64,000 bases of DNA from Elusimicrobiota bacterium (GTDB taxonomy: Bacteria > Elusimicrobiota > Elusimicrobia > UBA1565 > UBA9628): contig JAGWUP010000008.1 in assembly GCA_028868375.1 (NCBI GenBank), forward strand, positions 4,751-68,750, given 5' to 3'. The notes below the pieces were generated by a model. That model was not told the origin of the DNA. It saw nothing but the letters and a program-made list of their open reading frames with translations, and did no database searches. The translations under genes and the position numbers were made by a program. This document shows, piece after piece, positions 61,552-64,000 of this stretch. Position 1 is the stretch's first letter. Each line of letters begins with the position of its first letter.

Positions 61552-62636
61552 TGGCGGCCAATTTGCAGCAACTGCTCCAGATCCTCGTCGACCAGCGCGG
61601 CAGCGACCTGCACGTGCGCTCCGGAAGCCCGGCGTACCTGCGCGTCGACGGCCTGCTGCGGCAGGCCTCCCCGGACGTCTTTAGCCAGCCGGAGGTCGAG
61701 GCCATGCTTTCCTCGGTGATGACGCCCCATGCCCGCGCTCTCTTCGAGCGCGAGCGCGAATGCGACTTCTCCTTTCAATCCGGGGAGGCGGCGCGCTTCC
61801 GCGTCAACGCCTTCCGCCAGCGCCAGAGGCTGTGCCTGGCGATCCGCCACATTTCGGCCAAGATTCCGAGCATCCAGGAATTGGGCCTGCCGGTCGCCAC
61901 CGTCCGCAAGATCGCCGACAACAGCCGCGGGCTGGTGCTGGTCACCGGGGTGACCGGCTCCGGGAAATCCTCGACCTTGGCGTCGATGGTCGACTACATC
62001 AACGAGTCCCGTTCCGAGCACATCATCACGATCGAGGATCCGATCGAGTTCGTGCACAAGGACAAAAAGGGCATCGTCTCGCAGCGGGAAGTCGGGGAGG
62101 ACACGAGCTCGTTCGCGGAGAGCCTGCGCATGGCGATGCGCCAGGACCCGGACGTCATCATGGTCGGGGAGATGCGGGACCTGGAGACGACCTCCGCCGC
62201 GCTGACCGCCGCCCAAACCGGGCATCTGGTGCTGGGCACGCTGCACACCGTCGACGCGATCCAGACCATCACCCGCATCGTCGACCTCTATGCGCCGCAC
62301 CAGCAGCCGGTGATGCGGGTGCAATTGGCCGAGACGCTGAAGGCGGTCGTCAGCCAGAGGCTATTGCCCTGCTCCAAGGGCGGGCGCGTGCCCGCCGTCG
62401 AGATATTGATCGTGACCGCGCACGTGCGCAAGTGCATCGAGGAAAACAAGTCCAGCGAGATCGTCCAGGCTTGCGCCAAGGGCCAGTTCTACGGGATGCA
62501 GACGTTCAACCAGGCGCTGGTCAAGCTCTTCAAGGAGGGGCTGGTCAGCGAGGCGGATATTCTCGAGGCCGCCTCCAGCCCCGACGACGTCAGGCTGGCG
62601 CTGCGCGGCATCGAGCCGGAGCTGAAGGCCGGCTAG
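61551..62636 (+). CDS. pilT: type IV pilus retraction ATPase PilT (twitching motility)
   Basis: GVTGSGKSSTLASMVDYIN Walker A, DPIEFVH, and His-box GHLVLGTLHT. The GTG start overlaps the ftsZ TAG by 1 nt. Confidence 0.85.
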   Translation: MAANLQQLLQILVDQRGSDLHVRSGSPAYLRVDGLLRQASPDVFSQPEVEAMLSSVMTPHARALFERERECDFSFQSGEAARFRVNAFRQRQRLCLAIRHISAKIPSIQELGLPVATVRKIADNSRGLVLVTGVTGSGKSSTLASMVDYINESRSEHIITIEDPIEFVHKDKKGIVSQREVGEDTSSFAESLRMAMRQDPDVIMVGEMRDLETTSAALTAAQTGHLVLGTLHTVDAIQTITRIVDLYAPHQQPVMRVQLAETLKAVVSQRLLPCSKGGRVPAVEILIVTAHVRKCIEENKSSEIVQACAKGQFYGMQTFNQALVKLFKEGLVSEADILEAASSPDDVRLALRGIEPELKAG

Positions 62637-62660
62637 TCCACCAGGAACGGGAGGAGGAGC

Positions 62661-63386
62661 ATGTTTGCGGAAGGCTACATCGGCATCGCGGGCACCATCG
62701 GGGTCGGCAAGTCGACCCTGACGGTCGATCTGGCCCGCGCCCTGAACTTCGAGCCGGTTCTCGAGGAGGTCGACGGCAACCCCTACCTCGAGGGCTTCTA
62801 CGGCGACATGAAGCGCTACGGCACGATGATGCAGGTCTGGCTGCTTAATCACCGCTTCCGCCAGCATCGCGAGTTCGTCACCCGCATCAGCCTCGGCAAG
62901 ATCCGCGGGGTCGTGCAGGACCGCACGATCTGGGAGGACACCATCTTCGCCCGCATGCTCAACCGGCACCCCGACAAGATCATCTCCGACCTCGACTACA
63001 ACACCTACCTGGACCTCTTCGACAACATGGTCCTGCGCGAGCTGGTCTTCCCGCAGCTGCTGATCTATCTGGACTGCCGCCCGGAGACGGCGGCCAAGCG
63101 CATCGGCGCGCGCGGCCGCGGGATGGAGAGCGGGATATCGCTGGAGTACCTGCGCATGCTCCGGCAGAACTACGAGCAGTTCATCTCCGAGATGGAGCTG
63201 GCCGGCGTGCGCATACTGCGCGTGGACTGGGAGAGCTTCCGCCCCGTCTCCGAGGTCGTGCGGCTGGTGCACGAGTACTCCCTCAAGCCTTCCGGTTTCA
63301 CGAAATGGGTCCGTCCGCTGCGACAATTGCCGGCCGCCCAGAAGCCGGCGCCTTCCGCGGCCCCGGCCAAGCCGGTCGCGGCGTAA
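62661..63386 (+). CDS. deoxynucleoside kinase (dAdo/dCyd/dGuo kinase family)
   Basis: GIAGTIGVGKSTL P-loop. ERS-like DRTIWEDTIFA. LDCRPETAAKRI lid. Confidence 0.8.
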   Translation: MFAEGYIGIAGTIGVGKSTLTVDLARALNFEPVLEEVDGNPYLEGFYGDMKRYGTMMQVWLLNHRFRQHREFVTRISLGKIRGVVQDRTIWEDTIFARMLNRHPDKIISDLDYNTYLDLFDNMVLRELVFPQLLIYLDCRPETAAKRIGARGRGMESGISLEYLRMLRQNYEQFISEMELAGVRILRVDWESFRPVSEVVRLVHEYSLKPSGFTKWVRPLRQLPAAQKPAPSAAPAKPVAA

Positions 63387-63403
63387 GATTTGTTAGAGTT
63401 GCG

Positions 63404-64000
63404 ATGATGGTGGCCATTGAGGACCTCAACGTCCATGTCGATCGGCGCCTGGCGGAGGCGGGCTTCGCGGGCGGCGTGACGACGAGGGCCATGGGCGACA
63501 TGGCGCAGGCCGACAATCGGGCCCGCGCGCTGGAGCGCGCAGGCCTAGCCTCCTGGCCGGGCTGCGTCCTTCGCCAGAAGCACGGGAGCGTCGTGCGCGC
63601 GCTGGACGCCGAGACAGAGCAGTCGCCCGAAGGCGACGGTTGGCTGCTCGACGCCGCGGGCCGCGTCGCCCTGGTCTACGTCGCCGATTGCATGCCGATT
63701 TTCATCTGGGACCGGGGAGGGCGCGCCGCGGCCCTACTGCACTCCGGCTGGAGGGGCACGCGGGCCAATATCGCCGCCGCCGCGGTGGAGGCTCTTGCCT
63801 TGCGGGGCGTTAAGCCCGCGGAGCTGCGGGCCTGGGTCGGCCCTCATGCGGGGGCATGCTGCTACGCCGTGGGAAGCGATTTCAAGGCGCTGTTTCGCCC
63901 CGAGAGCCTCGAGCCGAGGGGGGGCAGGCTGTATCTTGATCTCGGCAAGGAGGCCGCGGCGCAGTTGCTCGAGGCCGGCTTAAGCCGCGAGGCGATCGCG
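63404..64000 (+). CDS. pgeF: peptidoglycan editing factor PgeF/YfiH (DUF152 laccase-domain protein), 3'-truncated by the window end
   Basis: VADCMPIFIWD and HSGWRG motifs. The ORF runs off the window. Confidence 0.7.
   Translation, partial: MMVAIEDLNVHVDRRLAEAGFAGGVTTRAMGDMAQADNRARALERAGLASWPGCVLRQKHGSVVRALDAETEQSPEGDGWLLDAAGRVALVYVADCMPIFIWDRGGRAAALLHSGWRGTRANIAAAAVEALALRGVKPAELRAWVGPHAGACCYAVGSDFKALFRPESLEPRGGRLYLDLGKEAAAQLLEAGLSREAIA

Noticed and set aside
1-64000. CRISPR arrays, rRNA genes, prophage integrases
   Set aside because: No spaced direct-repeat arrays and no rRNA-like conserved stretches were seen. Apart from the ~220-bp IR elements and short in-frame tandem repeats, there is no integrase, recombinase or phage structural gene signature.

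Overview
This is a high-GC (about 70%) chromosomal window from a diderm bacterium, judged diderm from the autotransporter and the TolC-like module. The 5' half is an accessory region dominated by giant genes: a 1055-aa secreted protein, a 2595-aa protein with a signal peptide, a hydrophobic core and an embedded DEAD-box-like helicase core, and a 4939-aa envelope protein with a polytopic N-terminal membrane domain, long coiled coils, an embedded TolC/OEP-like module and a C-terminal TM anchor. All three start downstream of a shared TAGGTC(C)TTT / AGGACC palindromic motif. Between them lie a Wzy_C (O-antigen-ligase/PglL-like) + TPR membrane protein translationally coupled to the 2595-aa gene, a K+ channel with an RCK domain and an atypical TVGYE filter, and an IS200/Y1-HuH-like transposase with a degenerate HuH motif fused to a DnaA-C-type HTH, preceded by a ~220-bp element bounded by 18-bp inverted repeats. 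The 3' half is mostly housekeeping: a GH-like/CBM48 gene pair, gdh, glycerate kinase, panB-hydrolase-panC, folK, dapB, a POT peptide transporter, tRNA-Lys(UUU) and tRNA-Glu(UUC), a 1970-aa autotransporter with PATR repeats, an aminotransferase, an SCO1/SenC copper chaperone, murB-ftsQ-ftsA-ftsZ-pilT, a deoxynucleoside kinase and a partial pgeF. A second copy of the ~220-bp element family sits between ftsQ and ftsA. No rRNA or CRISPR arrays are seen. Many long antisense and off-frame ORFs in the track are high-GC artefacts. ORF-track starts include GTG/TTG codons shown as M, and several gene pairs overlap by ATGA/GTGA.
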